DNA of 64,000 bases from Calcarisporiella thermophila CBS 279.70 (GCF_041956535.1 NW_027192195.1:180336-244335); one strand, 5' to 3'; positions 40,524 to 53,493 are shown, counted from the stretch's first letter. Notes: generated by a model from the sequence alone, not told the origin. Made by a program: numbers and translations.

Positions 40524-41135
40524 TTAGTACACACATACGGGAAACACTCCTTCAACAGGCGGGAGCAAAATAACAAGGCTCACTAAGCACTCTCTTCTTC
40601 CTCGTCTTTTTCTTCCCTCCTCCTCCTCCTCCTCCTCCTCCTCCTCAGGCCCACCCACTTCATCCTCAGTTACATCCGCATCCTCCTGGCTCTCTCCCTC
40701 CTCTTTCCTCTGCTGCGTCCCTTCTTCTTCAACCGAAGCAACCACGTCGAGGAGTTCCGTGATGGACTTTTCAAGATGGGTCACTCGCGTGTTTATTTCC
40801 TCCACTATAATATCAGGTGTGAATCAATCACATGGAGAAAAATAAAACGCGAAATTGGGCAACCTACTCCGATTGGACATTTCAGTGGACATTTCTTCAA
40901 ACCTCGACTCCTTTATTAAGATGATAGGTTAGAGATTGCTGGCAGGAATAAGAGAGAAGGTGAGCATTCCATCCTTACCAGCTGATCGAGCAACTCTTGG
41001 AGCTACGCAATTGCGAGACAAACAGAGTGAGATCCAAAAATGGCAAAGCAACAGTGGAGTTTCTAGAATTACCAGAGCAACCGTCTTTCCACCCCCTTCA
41101 TTCTCAGCTTTGGACGCCGTTTCTGAGGACATCAT
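40524..41135 (-). CDS. HSBP1: Heat shock factor binding protein 1-like
   Basis: Small exons give LQELLDQL|ESRFEEMSTEMSNR|MEEINTRVTHLEKSITELL, the HSBP1 coiled-coil pattern. Confidence 0.7.
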
Positions 41136-42025
41136 ATTAACATTGGAAGCTAACTCTCACCTTGAAATTTTCGGAAGGAAGCTCTCAATTTAGCTCTGCT
41201 AAGCCACACTACCCTCTCTGACATTTTGGTCTGAAAGCCTTAGGAGCGAGCTAAAGCCGTATTCATATCGTGCTTCACTCCTCTCGTGTCATCACCCGAG
41301 CGTGCCGAGAACTGCGCTGCAAACTTCATGGCCAGGGCGAAGTTTGGATTAGGCTGAAAGCTGTTCATTATTTATCCATGCACCGCGTTTTTACAATTCC
41401 GATTTGGCACGGCGGTGCATCCAAGGACTTTCCTAACCTCGCTCCTGCTACACTACCCAACGACAGCTCGTGACACAGTGCTAGGATGCTTGGTAATCAC
41501 GCGCAAGCCTGCTTTCCCTCCCCCCGTCGGCCAGAGGACAGCCTCCGGACTTGGGCCGAATCCAGAGACATCCCAGTCAGGGCAGCGCGTGAGTAGACAC
41601 ATGGCTCTGGAACGAGGGGCCTTGGAGCCGCGTGTAGGCTAGTGCTGGCAGCGCAAGCGCTGCAGCCTTCCTCCAGCAGAGTTCATGGCGCAGGCAGACT
41701 AGGAGAGCGTGCTAGCAGCGAAGTAGGACAGCCGGTGCTCTGCACCCAATGGCCAAATGGGATGGCTCGCGCAATATGCCCATTTCTCACTCTCCCGCTA
41801 AGCTCCCCCTGCCACCGGTGTAACCGGCCGGCTGTTTTTCTTTTCGTTTCGAATAAATTTTGCTGTCAGGTTGTGGTTGGCCTGACGGTTTTTATTTTTT
41901 GCAACCGAATCCATCTTCGGCCCCTCTTCTTAAACCCTGAGCCGGATCCCCTTTCTCTCTTTCCCCCCCATACTCCCATTCTCCCCCCAACTGGCTATTC
42001 CTCTCATTACTCACACCACCGCACG

Positions 42026-43813
42026 ATGAAGTTTGGCATCATTGGTCTTGCATTGCTCTCTCTCGGGGCAATTGCTTCCGTGCATGCAGAGACATTCTTC
42101 GAGGATGGTTTCGCTGATGGTGAAGGCTGGAAACAGGTAATTCCTCCCCCTCCCTCCCCCATTCCGCTCTCCTAAATCCCAGAGGCCTAACCCGCTCCCA
42201 TCTTACTTGCATCGCTCTCGCAGCGCTGGACGAATTCCGCTCACCGAGACGATCTTGGGCGGTTCAATGTCACCGCTGGTAAATGGCATTCTAACCCCAT
42301 TGCATCCCAGGGACTTCAGACGGTGGACGATGCGCGCTTCTACGCTATCTCAGCGCCCTTCAACAAAGTGTTCGATAATACAGGCAAGGATTTGGTGGTG
42401 CAGTTCTCGGTGAAGCATGAGCAGGATATCGATTGTGGAGGGGGATACGTCAAGCTGCTCCCTCCCCAGTTCAATCCCGAGAAATTCAACGGAGACACCG
42501 CCTACAACATCATGTTCGGGGTAAGTGGCTTTAACCATTTTCCCCGTTGCTCTCGCTCATAACGACACTGATTTCCTTTACAGCCCGATATCTGCGGAAG
42601 CTCAACCCGGGTGCACGTCATCTTCAACTACAAGGGAACCAACCACTTGCTCAAGCGCGAAATCTCGGCCCCCACGGACGAGCTGACCCATTTCTATACC
42701 CTGATTGTTCGCCCAGACCAGACCTACACCGTTCTTATTGACAACGAGGAGAAGCAGACCGGCTCTCTCCTTGAGGACTGGGAGATGCTCCCGCCCAAAG
42801 AAATCGACGACCCCAGTGACAAGAAACCCGCCGACTGGGTTGACAATGCCACCATCGAGGATCCGGAAGACAAGAAGCCCGAGGATTGGGACCAGCCCGA
42901 AACCATTCCCGACCCGGACGCGAAGAAGCCCGAGGACTGGGACGACGACATGGACGGTGACTGGGAGCCTCCCGTTATCACCAACCCCGACTATAAAGGC
43001 GAGTGGAAGCCCCGCCAGATTCCCAACCCGGCCTACAAGGGAGAGTGGAAGCCCCGCCGCATTGCCAATCCAGAGTTTGTCGAGGACAAATCGCTCTATG
43101 CCTACAACACTAGTGCCATCGGCATCGACATTTGGCAGGTCAAGTCGGGCACGATATTCGACGATTTCCTGGTGACCGACAACGCCGAGGAGGCGAAGAA
43201 GGCGTTCGAGAAGGCATGGAGGAAGGAGGCGGAGCTCCAGGCGAAGGAGAAGTTCGAGGAGGCTGAGGATGCAGCCCGTGCGGCGAACGGCGCTCAGGAC
43301 GAGGCCGAGGAGAAGAGCGAGTCAGAGGATGCCGACGAGGATGTCCCCGTGCTCAACTTTGGGGATCTGGATGGAAATGTGGGCGAGGAAACGGCCGTTG
43401 ATTTGGAAGGAGAGGTGAAGCTGGACAAGGAGGCCAAGGGCGCCAAGAGTGATGTCAAAGAAGAGGTGAAGGAGAAAGAGGTGCTGGAACCGGAGGAGGT
43501 CAAGGAGGAGAAGGCAGAGACAGTCAAGGAAGAGAAGAGCGAAGAGGCCAAGGAGGAGAAGCGGGAAGAGCCCTTGGAGGAGAAACAAGAGGAGGTACCG
43601 GAGAAGAAAGAGGAGGAGGCGGCCGAGGTAAGCAAGCAAGAGCAAGCTGAAGAACCCGTATCCGAGGAAGTGGAGAAAACGGACCCGAGTGCAAGCGAGG
43701 AAGAGCTGCGAAAAGAGCTTGAGGAGTTGAAGCGCAAACTTGCAGAAATCTCCGTCAAGCTCTCTGAGAGGCCCAAATCCACCGGCCATAAGCACATCAA
43801 AGATGAGCTTTAA
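42026..43813 (+). CDS. CRT: Calreticulin with an extended acidic tail and KDEL
   Basis: Signal peptide; KHEQDIDCGGGYVKL; IMFGPDICG; P-domain repeats DPEDKKPEDWD and GEWKPRQIPNP; no TM; ends HIKDEL*. Confidence 0.95.
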
Positions 43814-44045
43814 AAACATCCCCCCCTGTATCCTTCCCCCATTCCAGATATCTCGTGGAAATGAAAACACTCTTTAACATCCCTCGCTGCCCTTTCTTTT
43901 ATCCCTTCGCTTTTTATTTTTGCTTTCTGTTCACTATGTATTTGTCAATTAATTTGATTTATTATTTAAACAATCTATTGCAAAGAAGGGTGGAATCCAT
44001 AGTGACGAAACTTTGTTTATTGACTCATCCAAAGCCATCCCTTAA

Positions 44046-44519
44046 TTACTCGGCAGCGCCAGCATTCTTCTTCCTATTTAGCGAAAATGGAAAGAGTGAG
44101 GAAAATCATGGATGAACACGGCGGAAAAATGAGATGAAACAGAAGTCAAGGAAGCAACTTACAAAGTCCACCAGGCATCTGTTAAGGCGATGGGTGGGGT
44201 GAAATCAAGCGATTAGTTCGAGGGTTCCAAAAAGAATTCACGCAAAATAAAGAGGCACTTACTGAAGAAGGGAAGTCCAAAACCTACGCCAAAGAATGTA
44301 ACAACACCAACGGCGAGCAAAGGCTTGTTCTTGGTGCTGAAGGGAAGATTCTATCGAGGGGAGAAGCGCAAAGCTCATTAAGGAGTCCTGAAGATGAACA
44401 GAAAACAGATCGAAAATTACCTGGCCATTTGTGTTCTCAAAGTGATAAAGATCACTTCGCAGGGGACGGGTGAGAGCGCGGGAACGGAGGGCAGCACGGG
44501 AGAAAATGGCAGGGTACAT
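44046..44519 (-). CDS. COX7C: Cytochrome c oxidase subunit VIIc (yeast Cox8)
   Basis: Presequence, then HFENTNGQ|NLPFSTKNKPLLAVGVVTFFGVGFGLPFF|NAWWT|LKKNAGAAE*. Includes a 16-nt micro-exon. Confidence 0.85.
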
Positions 44520-44608
44520 CTTTGTTTGGGCGATGAAAGGATTTCAATCGATCGATAGGAAAGAGGATTAAATGTTTTCAGTTTGATTAATGTTACAAGG
44601 GGGGGGTT

Positions 44609-44624
44609 GTGACGTCACCACGTG
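44609..44624. promoter_or_regulatory. Adjacent CRE (TGACGTCA) and E-box (CACGTG) upstream of COX7C
   Basis: gtgacgtcaccacgtg lies about 90-105 bp upstream of the ATG. Confidence 0.45.
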
Positions 44625-46419
44625 TTGAAATCAACCAGGTCGAGTGGGAGAGCATAAGAAAAAGTGGTAGAGATCAAGCGGTGCCCCATAAAAACAATGA
44701 ATACAGACTCAATTCGAATGAGAAAAAAAAAAACTATATACAGAATTCAAGGGATATTTGCTAGATATAGAGGAACGATTCCAAGAAGATAAAGGAATAA
44801 GTGGTCATCGTCTGTTAAATCTGTTCCCAACCATAAACTGCGTCGTCCATTCGGGAACTCGAGCTCCCCATTAGAACCGGCTGGCCATTAAAACCATCCA
44901 TTCCCAGTAAGAAAGACCCTCCAGGTCCTAAATCCAGTGTCAGTTCATGCATTACCTAAGAATCACTATCAAAATTCCAAATCATTCTCCCCACCTGAAC
45001 CGAAGTCGGCTGCCCTGACCTTGGCGGGTTGGAGGCTGGAGGTGGAGAAGTAACAAGTGCTGGCATTGCAAAGTCAGTAACAAAAAGTGATCTACCCGAT
45101 CTCCCTCAAAACAAAACTAGAGATAGAAGAAAGAAAAGATGTGAAAAAAAAAATATGGTTTTTCAGGCGGGTGATCAATGGCACGGCCCAATTCATTATA
45201 ATTAAAGTTTGGCCTTTTTTGGGGAAGCTATCGCCTGAGCAAGATAGGTTCTGTCCACGGTGAGCTACAGTCTGGATCCCAAGCAAACAATCCCAACTAC
45301 GCTCTCTTGGCTCAGCTGAAAGTCCCCCGCGAGCTCTCTCTGAGTCGCATCCTCCCTGCGTCCTTGTGGTGTGACTCTTAATAAGGCTATTGTGAGCGAA
45401 ATGTGGGGCCGTTGGCCCACGATGGCACCATCCCTGCTGCGCAAAAAGGAATACGCTTGTCCACGCAGAGTGAATCAAGCCACTAGGACCCCAAAAGGCC
45501 TGGCAGTCCCTACAGGCCAGCCCATGAAGCCGGGTCATGCGCAGCGAAGAGTTGGTTGGGCTACCCTTGAGAAAGGAAACGGAAAGAGTGGCGGCAAAAA
45601 TTAGCGTTTTGACCACAACCATGCTGTGCATTTGAAATGCTTCAAAAGACTAATCTAGCCTCTTCATCAGCCCCCAAGGTCCCCTAACTAGGCACATGAC
45701 TAAATCCATGGACCGCAAACCCACTTATACAGTACATCCTCTACTAGCTCACATTGGATTTCGAATTCTCTCAGAGTGCGCATTTCTACAACGCCTCAAA
45801 CCTAAGGTATCGAACCTTTCCTATGGAGAAGGTGTAATCCATCGCAGGTTCTTGGGTCAATCTGACTTGAGGTGTCGAGGAATCGGACTCTCTTTTTCAT
45901 TCTCCTCGGAGCGCTACCCAAGATAATTATTATTGGCATGGAGATAGATTTGCTATTCCGGATATCCAAGTGTGGAGTGCTTTTTAAACACGCATGGATC
46001 TGATTCCTAGGATATTCTGTGGTGAACCTTGACCCATAATCTCGATTCCAAGGATCTGGATCAATCCAGTAAATGTAATTTATTCACATATCCTCCATCA
46101 TCCGGCTCTGTGCGTGATCCTTTTCTTCTTGATTGAATCATGCCTTAGGGCATGATGGCTGTGTTAATTCAAGCCTTGTCGACACGTGAGGTCTTAATAG
46201 TATATGATGATGGGCCATTTATTTTCACGGCCTTGTATATGTAGACGAATATAGGGGCCCGTAAGACACTGAAGCTTTCTGAAATGGATGATGAGTTCAA
46301 TTAAATTTTCACCAAGTTTCTATGCCTTTCATGCTCGAGATTTAGAGAAACGTCGATTCGAAAATTTATTGTTTAAACAACCAATCAATCAGGCAGGCAC
46401 GCTCAATCAGCAATAGTAT

Positions 46420-46770
46420 TTATTCAACACAACGGGTGGTGAAAGAGACAGCAGAGAAGCGATCGTAAGGTCGGGGCCCATACGCCGTGTGGACAAGACG
46501 GCCAGTGCAGTTTGTGGAGTCATACCAACGGGTCTCGATGCTTGACCCAGTATGGAAACCTTCGATATTACTAGCCTCGATCGGAATAGGAGTGCATCTA
46601 TTGTTACTAAGGATATAATAGGTACGCTTTGTGCGATTTGGGGTGTGGTATAGAGTCAAAGAATAGGTGGTGGGGCAAACCGGAGAAGAGGGTGCCGCCT
46701 CGGAGGGCATAGAGAGCAAGCCCACCGAAGCTATGGCGGAGAGCAGAAGCAGAGAAATGGCTGAGCGCAT
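46420..46770 (-). CDS. Small secreted 4-Cys protein (beta/gamma-crystallin-like fold suspected), paralog 1
   Basis: Signal peptide, 116 aa, intronless. Collinear with 48143-48484. Confidence 0.8.
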   Translation of the reverse strand: MRSAISLLLLSAIASVGLLSMPSEAAPSSPVCPTTYSLTLYHTPNRTKRTYYILSNNRCTPIPIEASNIEGFHTGSSIETRWYDSTNCTGRLVHTAYGPRPYDRFSAVSFTTRCVE

Positions 46771-48142
46771 TTTAATAAGTCTTTACAGCTAACGTACTAA
46801 GCACTTTGCTAGAAGGGTAGCAGACACAGAGAGTAAAATGAGAAGAGAACCGAGAGGAATCAGTTTAAAGGAAAGTTTTTTTTTCGGGGGAATGACGTGG
46901 TTAAAGTTCAATTTTCTATTAACTTTAATCCCCTTCATCTGAGACAACTCTAAAGAGATAATTCCCTAAATTTTCTCCAACGGGTGCTGCCCACACATCT
47001 CATTCATCAAAAAAAAAAACTCTCAGCCGCTTATTGGATAAACTCAACTATACTGGGCCATATCTCTCAATCCACCTGGGAGAATTCCTTTCCATTCTTT
47101 TCATGTGTGCTTATTAATGGGCTGTAAAAGGCAGCTCGGCTCGTCTCCGTGACGCTCCTCTTACCCATCACGCTTTCCAGCACGACTATATGAAGAGAGA
47201 CTGCACTGGACGCAGGTAAGGATAAAGGAAAATATTCTGGGAGGTTTGAAAAATAAACTAGGAATTGGGTGTAATAATACGACCCTCCAGGCGACAACTT
47301 GTCGAAACGGGCAATATCCGACTCGTGATCTCTCTCGGCACACTTTCTTGCCTCATTTGGACACCTCCACGAACCAAACCAAATGGGCTATCTGCGCAAA
47401 ACTTTTAATGAAATATACTATAAATGGATATCATAAAAGCTCGCGCAACGATGTTTACGATCGCACCCCTTTGGAATATCACAAGTGAAGAACAGTGGAG
47501 GCCAAGCACGTTGCACAAGTAAGTCCCCACAGAGACTTCATGGAAAGCCAGTTCACTGGCCTGAGAGTTCATTTCCCGCTGACGACATTCGCCCAAGAGA
47601 GTTGGTTGAGATTTTCTCAATGCTCTGACCTGATCATTCATTTCGGTGTCAAGCGGCTGTTATGAAAGAAGTCGATAAACTTGGGGATAGTTCCAGCATA
47701 CAAGAGAGGATAGGAGCAGTTGCTAATTAACTTTGATGTAGAAACTCTGCTCACTCATCCTCCTCAGATATAAATATAAAATAGGCGTAAAATTTTGTGT
47801 TCTCCTTAGGAGAATAATTTGCAAGTTTTGCATAGATGTTGGTGGCCGTATCGCACCTAAGTACGCAAAAGCCTACAATCTTTTTGACGTGATTACAATT
47901 CTTTTACAAGCCCACTTGGACATTGATGTTTTTGCAATATTTAAGCACCCATAATTTCCAAAGTATTTTTGGTGCATCAGCGTTCATATCAACTTTTGAG
48001 AGCAGTAAGATTAAAGAGTGCATTTAATCCCTTACCAGCAAGTCTTTCATTACTATTATGTTCAAGGAATTAGGAGGGGCCTCGATGGAGAACATTTCCA
48101 AGATGTTTATTGCTTATTAGGCAAAATAAAAATTAGGCCAGT

Positions 48143-48484
48143 TCACTCAGCACAGCGACTGATGAAAGAGCCAGCAGTGAAGCGTGTTCGTGGTCTCGAT
48201 CCCTTCACCTTAAGGGCGGGGAGGCCTCCACAATTTCCGTTTTCAAACCAAAGTGTCTCGATGCTTGGCCCGGTGTTGAATCCATACACGGTCCTGGCCT
48301 CAGCCGGAATGGGGTTGCATTTCCCGCTAACAAGGGTATAATGGAGACGTTTTTCGTGGTTGGGGGAGTAGAAGAGGGTCAAGGAATAGGTAGAGGGGCA
48401 AATCTCAGCTAAGGGGGCCGCTTCGGAGCGGGTGGAGAGCAGGCCTACTAGAGCAATGACAGAGAGAGCAAGAGCGGAGCGCAT
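48143..48484 (-). CDS. Small secreted 4-Cys protein, paralog 2
   Basis: Signal peptide, 113 aa. Shares CP.TYSLTL, C.PIP.EA, GF.TG.SIET.W, NC.G and RF.A.SF..RC.E with paralog 1. Confidence 0.8.
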   Translation of the reverse strand: MRSALALSVIALVGLLSTRSEAAPLAEICPSTYSLTLFYSPNHEKRLHYTLVSGKCNPIPAEARTVYGFNTGPSIETLWFENGNCGGLPALKVKGSRPRTRFTAGSFISRCAE

Positions 48485-49272
48485 TTTTCAAAAGCCTGTT
48501 CGGTAAACGCAATAAACACTGGGGACTAGGAGGGTGGAAAGCAAGAGGAGGTGAGGTGAGAGGCAGGATGCAAGAGGAATCGGTTGATTTAAAAGGGCTG
48601 TTAAGGTGAGTGACGTGGTTTGAGGTTCATTTCCACATTAACTCTAATCGCCTTCCACCTATCCATCCCTAAAGAGATTCGTCTCGAATTTTCGAAAATA
48701 ACTGGGCAACACACGATCTTATTCATCGAACGAATTCCCACTCACATATTGAGTTGACTCAACAAGACTGAGTCAAGTCTCACGAACCTCCCTATTGAAT
48801 CCCTTAACACCGCCTTGATTATTAATAGGCGGTTAACAAGTTGTGCAGCCCAGAGCAGCGTTGCCCTCCTACCCACCAGGCTTATTCAGTTCGATAAAAG
48901 AAGAAGAGGTGAAGAAGGTGCAATAGCAGATGTTGAGTTTGAAAATGGACCAGAAACAGAGGGCTTAAAGAAATGATGGATGCTTATAAAATTGTCAGTC
49001 GTAAAATGCCGCCGATTTTCAGGCAACAAACCGACCATTGCCGGACAAATCCGACCCATGAACTTTCTCGGTTCTCTCGGTCACTACACTTGAGTGCTTC
49101 CACGGCTCGGCGAAGATTCTTAATATGTAACCTTCTTATTATGTGCATATTATGTACAGGCCACGTAATGAAATACCGTTGCAGCATGAGATGTAAAATC
49201 GGCAAATATCCGTCGGTTGCGTCCACCTAATTAAGGAAAAAAAAGGCCAATTCCAAAAAGTAAATCTACCTT

Positions 49273-49346
49273 TGCTCGTGACAGGGATCGAACCTGTGAC
49301 CTTGGCGTTATTAGCGCCACGCTATAACCAACTTAGCTACACGAGC
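49273..49346 (-). tRNA. tRNA-Ile (AAT)
   Basis: 74-nt cloverleaf GCTCGTG...CACGAGCA; anticodon arm TGGCG-CTAATAA-CGCCA; TTCGA T-loop; T5 terminator about 14 nt downstream. Confidence 0.97.
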
Positions 49347-49482
49347 TGACGAAAAATTTTTGAAAAAAAAAGTATCTGTAAACAAAAAGTGTGACTCGTT
49401 TATGACTGTTAATTGATCGTGCTTCTTTGTATCAAAATTTCGGTTATTATTACCATTCAGAATTCTACTCCACGCTTACTCC

Positions 49483-50811
49483 ATGCTCAACGACGGCTCG
49501 ATTTTATTATCTCATCTCCAGAAATATGGTCTAGACCTTGTGCCACACTCTACCAAGATTCGAGCTGTTACAGCCAAGAGAACTTTCCATCCAGGCAGTG
49601 AAATTGCGCGTTGGCTTCCCCTTGCTGTCGTTCCCCTTCCCGATCACGCGCAAAAACTTTGCCATCAATGTCTTGAAACAGCCAAAAGTAGGTGTTCTCG
49701 ATGCAAGAAAGCTTGGTTCTGTGGTACCGCGTGTTTTCAAAATGCATGGTCTGAGTGGCACAAAGTGACTTGTGGAGCCGATGTTAAGTTGGATGCCGAG
49801 GGCCTTATGCTACTAAAAGTTACAATTGCGTTAAAGGGTCAGAAAGGCGCAGTGGGCGAGGCATTTTTATCACTCCCTACCCATATTAATGAGTTATCTG
49901 CCCAGGTGATTGCTCGGTTTAGACAGATTGCGGCTCAAGTACATGGGCTAATCCCAGAAGTGGATGTCGAGATTCTGTTGTCCTATTTGTGTCGCTTCCG
50001 ATGTAACAATTTTTCTGTCGTAGATGCGCAGCTCTTCCCAGTAGCGGAGGGAACTTATCCATTTGGATCCTTACTAAACCACGCCTGCCGACCTAACGCA
50101 GTGGCGCTCTACGATGGAAACACACAGGTGATTCGAGTACTGGAGAAGATTGAGGTTGGAGAAGAGGTGTCAGTTGCGTACATGGATGTGATCCATGGAA
50201 AGTTGGCACGTCAAGCGGCACTTCGTGAGACCTATGCTTTCAATTGCCAATGCACAAGATGCCTTGGTGATGATTGGGTCGATAGCTTGTTGGAGATCGA
50301 TGGGAGAAAGACGGGGATTGAGGTAGAAGAGGATCTGACTAAATGCGAAGTGAATTCACCTTCCATAGCTAGCACATTTGCCAGCACCGTGATCACAACC
50401 TATCTAAATTCACGGTCTGACAGGCTGAAAGCAAACGAGCTGCCCCAAGATATTCTTATCCTCCCCTACTCGCTCGTCGATGCAGTATCCCATGCAAACG
50501 CTCGATTCCAAAAATGCATCACCTATGGACATTGGGAAGGGGCAGGCCATCTGGGCCGGTTTATCTTAGCCGTCTATCTCCTAGCGTATCCTAGAAACCA
50601 TCCCATGACTGGGCTCCATGCTTTCTCTCTTGGAAAATGCCTATGGAATTGTAGTAATTTGGCCGCAACTCAAGAAGCTATAAAATTCTTGAGTTTGGCA
50701 ACGACGGTGCTTGAGCTAAATCTTAGAGGTAACCGAACCGGGGAGAAAGTGGTCAACGAGGCAAAAGCACTGTTGCATGAAGCGCAGAAGGAATGCAGAC
50801 GTATGAGTTGA
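49483..50811 (+). CDS. SMYD-family SET/MYND lysine methyltransferase (intronless)
   Basis: MYND finger CHQC...CSRCKKAWFCGTACF...HKVTC; SET motifs LLNHACRPN and GEEVSVAY; post-SET FNCQCTRC; C-terminal TPR-like YPRNHPMTG. Confidence 0.9.
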   Translation: MLNDGSILLSHLQKYGLDLVPHSTKIRAVTAKRTFHPGSEIARWLPLAVVPLPDHAQKLCHQCLETAKSRCSRCKKAWFCGTACFQNAWSEWHKVTCGADVKLDAEGLMLLKVTIALKGQKGAVGEAFLSLPTHINELSAQVIARFRQIAAQVHGLIPEVDVEILLSYLCRFRCNNFSVVDAQLFPVAEGTYPFGSLLNHACRPNAVALYDGNTQVIRVLEKIEVGEEVSVAYMDVIHGKLARQAALRETYAFNCQCTRCLGDDWVDSLLEIDGRKTGIEVEEDLTKCEVNSPSIASTFASTVITTYLNSRSDRLKANELPQDILILPYSLVDAVSHANARFQKCITYGHWEGAGHLGRFILAVYLLAYPRNHPMTGLHAFSLGKCLWNCSNLAATQEAIKFLSLATTVLELNLRGNRTGEKVVNEAKALLHEAQKECRRMS

Positions 50812-50925
50812 AAATTCAATTTTCCATAATACACAGTGTAGCATCTCATCCTTGGAATAACGCCTCATGATAATGAACATTTTATTCTATTTAAACTATT
50901 TGCATTTAATCTTGTTATATCTTCT

Positions 50926-51952
50926 CTACCGCCAAAACTTCAAGATGTATTGCTTTTCTCTCCCCGCTTTCCGCTCCATTGCGATCTAAAATGCTCTTAT
51001 TAGTCATCCCTGACATCCCACGTTACCAACGCAAATCTTACTATTACCTTTCCATGAAGGCCCCAGTCTCGCTTCATCCAATCCAAGATTTCGTGTGGTT
51101 TGTTTTCACTGATAACCAGGAGGTAAAACATCCCCGTTGGAGAGAGTAGCTCCTACAAACACTCATAGAATATAAATCCAGTCTACAGAGGTACACTCAA
51201 AAATATGCCCACCGACACAAGGGGAATCATCCGGTCGATAATCTCCCTTCCATCTTTTCCGCCTGCCCAGGCAGCTTCTATCGAATTGCTTCCAACCTCA
51301 TCGGAGGTTGTCAGCACGTAGGGAGGATTCATATAGAGTATGTCGACTTTGTGACGAAGACGGGGAAGTAATGAGTCGCAGAGCGATGTTGTTATCACGT
51401 CAGCGTGCACCTTACAACACGGACATGGGTACAACGAGATACATATAAAATAAATGAAGGGCTAAAGTTGAAAACCAACATTGAAGCCTTACATTGTTTT
51501 TTATGCATGTTAGCTTAGTGGCCACCGAGGCTCGCGGGTTTATATCTGTGCAGAGTAGCACTACCGACGCGGTAAGCGAAATTGAGTAGAACATGGCTAC
51601 TAATTGGCCCACTTACATACACCAGTCCCCTCAAGAATTTTTCCTAAGAATGCCGTTACACATCCAGAGCCTGACCTTAAAACCAAGAGGGAGATCAGCG
51701 CGACTAATATTATCATAGACTGCTTCTGATCCGCTTACCCGACCTCAAGCCCTATCTTTGGATCTCTCTTCTTTATTTCCAAGGCATCTTGTTCGAGGGC
51801 ATCAAGCAGTAAAAAAGTATCCTCTGAATTCGATGGAATTTAGCATCGAGTGACAAACTTCTGTGTCAAAGGCGGAAGTGTTTACCTGCTGGTTCATATA
51901 TGTGCCTAAAGTCATTCGAGGATAAATGGGAGAGATCTGGAGTCGGGATCAT
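50926..51952 (-). CDS. MTQ2: eRF1 glutamine methyltransferase Mtq2/N6AMT1/HEMK2
   Basis: MIPTPDLSHL...IYEPA|EDTFLLLDALEQD; GSGSGCVTAFL; TDINPRA; MNPPYV; AWAGGKDGREIIDR. Confidence 0.9.
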
Positions 51953-52272
51953 AGCTCTATCCCTTCTCGGCCAAATTTAAAGTGTAATTAAAATGTTGCT
52001 CAGTAATAAAATCGTCCCGTGTCCAATTCTTAAGCAAGCCTTATTTTAAAATGTAAAAGGAACACCTAAAGTGAGGGGGAGGGGAGCAGGTGTGAGTATC
52101 CAATAATAAGCCAAAGTAGAAGAAAAAAGCAATATATATATAAAGGAACTATACAAGAAGAAGAAAGTACGATACACATTTCCACCTTTTATCATTTTCT
52201 GAAGTAAACCGAAAATGGAACTAGATAACAGTAGAACAATAGGGTATAACAATAAGAGAGGAAAGCCGGCGG

Positions 52273-53194
52273 TCAAGCCCGCCGTTTCTTCTTCGCTCTG
52301 TCCTCCTGCTCAAAGATGGCTCGAAGCCGTGCATTTTCCGCCTGTAACTGTGCGTTCTCCTCTGCTAACTGTCGATTGGATTGCTTAAAGGTTTCCAATT
52401 GCCGAGTCAGGTCGCTTACTGTTTGCTCGGCCATCAGACGGTCCAGCGTCTGCTTTTGCATCACTGAAGCATGCTCTTCCTTGAGTTGCTGAATATAGCC
52501 CACCGCTCGTTGAAGAATCAATCCTTTATTCTTCTCGCATCCTGGCACAATCTTCGCCAGCTCATTGATGCCTTCGTTGATGGTCTAGAGCATATGTAAG
52601 AGATCCCCAATGAATAACAGGGACAAAAGGTAGGAGAATTAAGGTACTTGCCTCCCTACGACGGCGCTCGACCTCTTTGTGATTTTCCTTTCGTAACCGA
52701 TGCCATTCTTCACTTCCTACGGGGGGTTTTTGTTGCTGAGGATTAGCCTGGCGCGCATTCTGCACAACGCGAAGCGGCGACTCTTGCTTGTTCAGCCCTG
52801 CCTGCTGGAGTTGGGCGGCAAGCTCAGGGTTTGAGGCAAGGAATTGCTGGGTTGCTTCAGGATTAGATGCGAGAAGATGTTGTGCGGCCGCAGAGAGTTG
52901 ACTATCAGCGGAATGTGGTTAGCAAAGTGTAAGATCAGGCCCCAATTACACGCTTATACTTTGTAGTTTGGGAAGTCAGGGGTATGGGTCGCTCAGATGA
53001 AGCCTTTGATCTATCATTGGACGAATTGACATCAGGCTGTGAAGGTTTCTCACCGTCTTCTTTCATATGGCCATTCAATGACTATACACATGAGAAAAAA
53101 AAAAAAGTTAAATTTCGCCCACGATTACAACGCAACGTACTGTCCAATTTTTGCTCACCATTTGAAGGATGGTTGCACCGTCTTCACTTGACAT
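52273..53194 (-). CDS. CBF1: bHLH-Zip transcription factor Cbf1
   Basis: KPPVGSEEWHRLRKENHKEVERRRRE|TINEGINELAKIVPGCEKNKGLILQRAVGYIQQLKE followed by a leucine zipper. Confidence 0.88.
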
Positions 53195-53485
53195 TTTACA
53201 GTTGCGATGTTCACGGGAGATGGTAGTAAAACGACTATATTGTCAAAAGAGTGTACAATAAAAACAAAATACTATAGGCGATAATTTAATAATGGTGGGA
53301 AGGGGCGAAAAGAGAAATATGAAATTGACGCTACAACTTTGGAGTACTTTTCGTTTTGGTCGCGTTTCGCGTATTTTTTCTTTTACAGAGGACCAAAGGA
53401 TATGAAAAGAGCAGGTGACCTGCGATAAGGGCAAAAGACGGGTGGAGAAAAAGTCACTGAAATTATTCTAATGGACAAGCCACGG

Positions 53486-53493
53486 ATCACGTG
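53486..53493. promoter_or_regulatory. Cbf1/CDEI-type site ATCACGTG in the CBF1-PRS divergent promoter
   Basis: Exact match to RTCACGTG between the two ATGs. Confidence 0.55.

Noticed and set aside
44700-46300. ORFs 45092-45631, 45371-45604 and 45696-45926
   Set aside because: No recognisable domains, codon pattern or splice structure; treated as intergenic.
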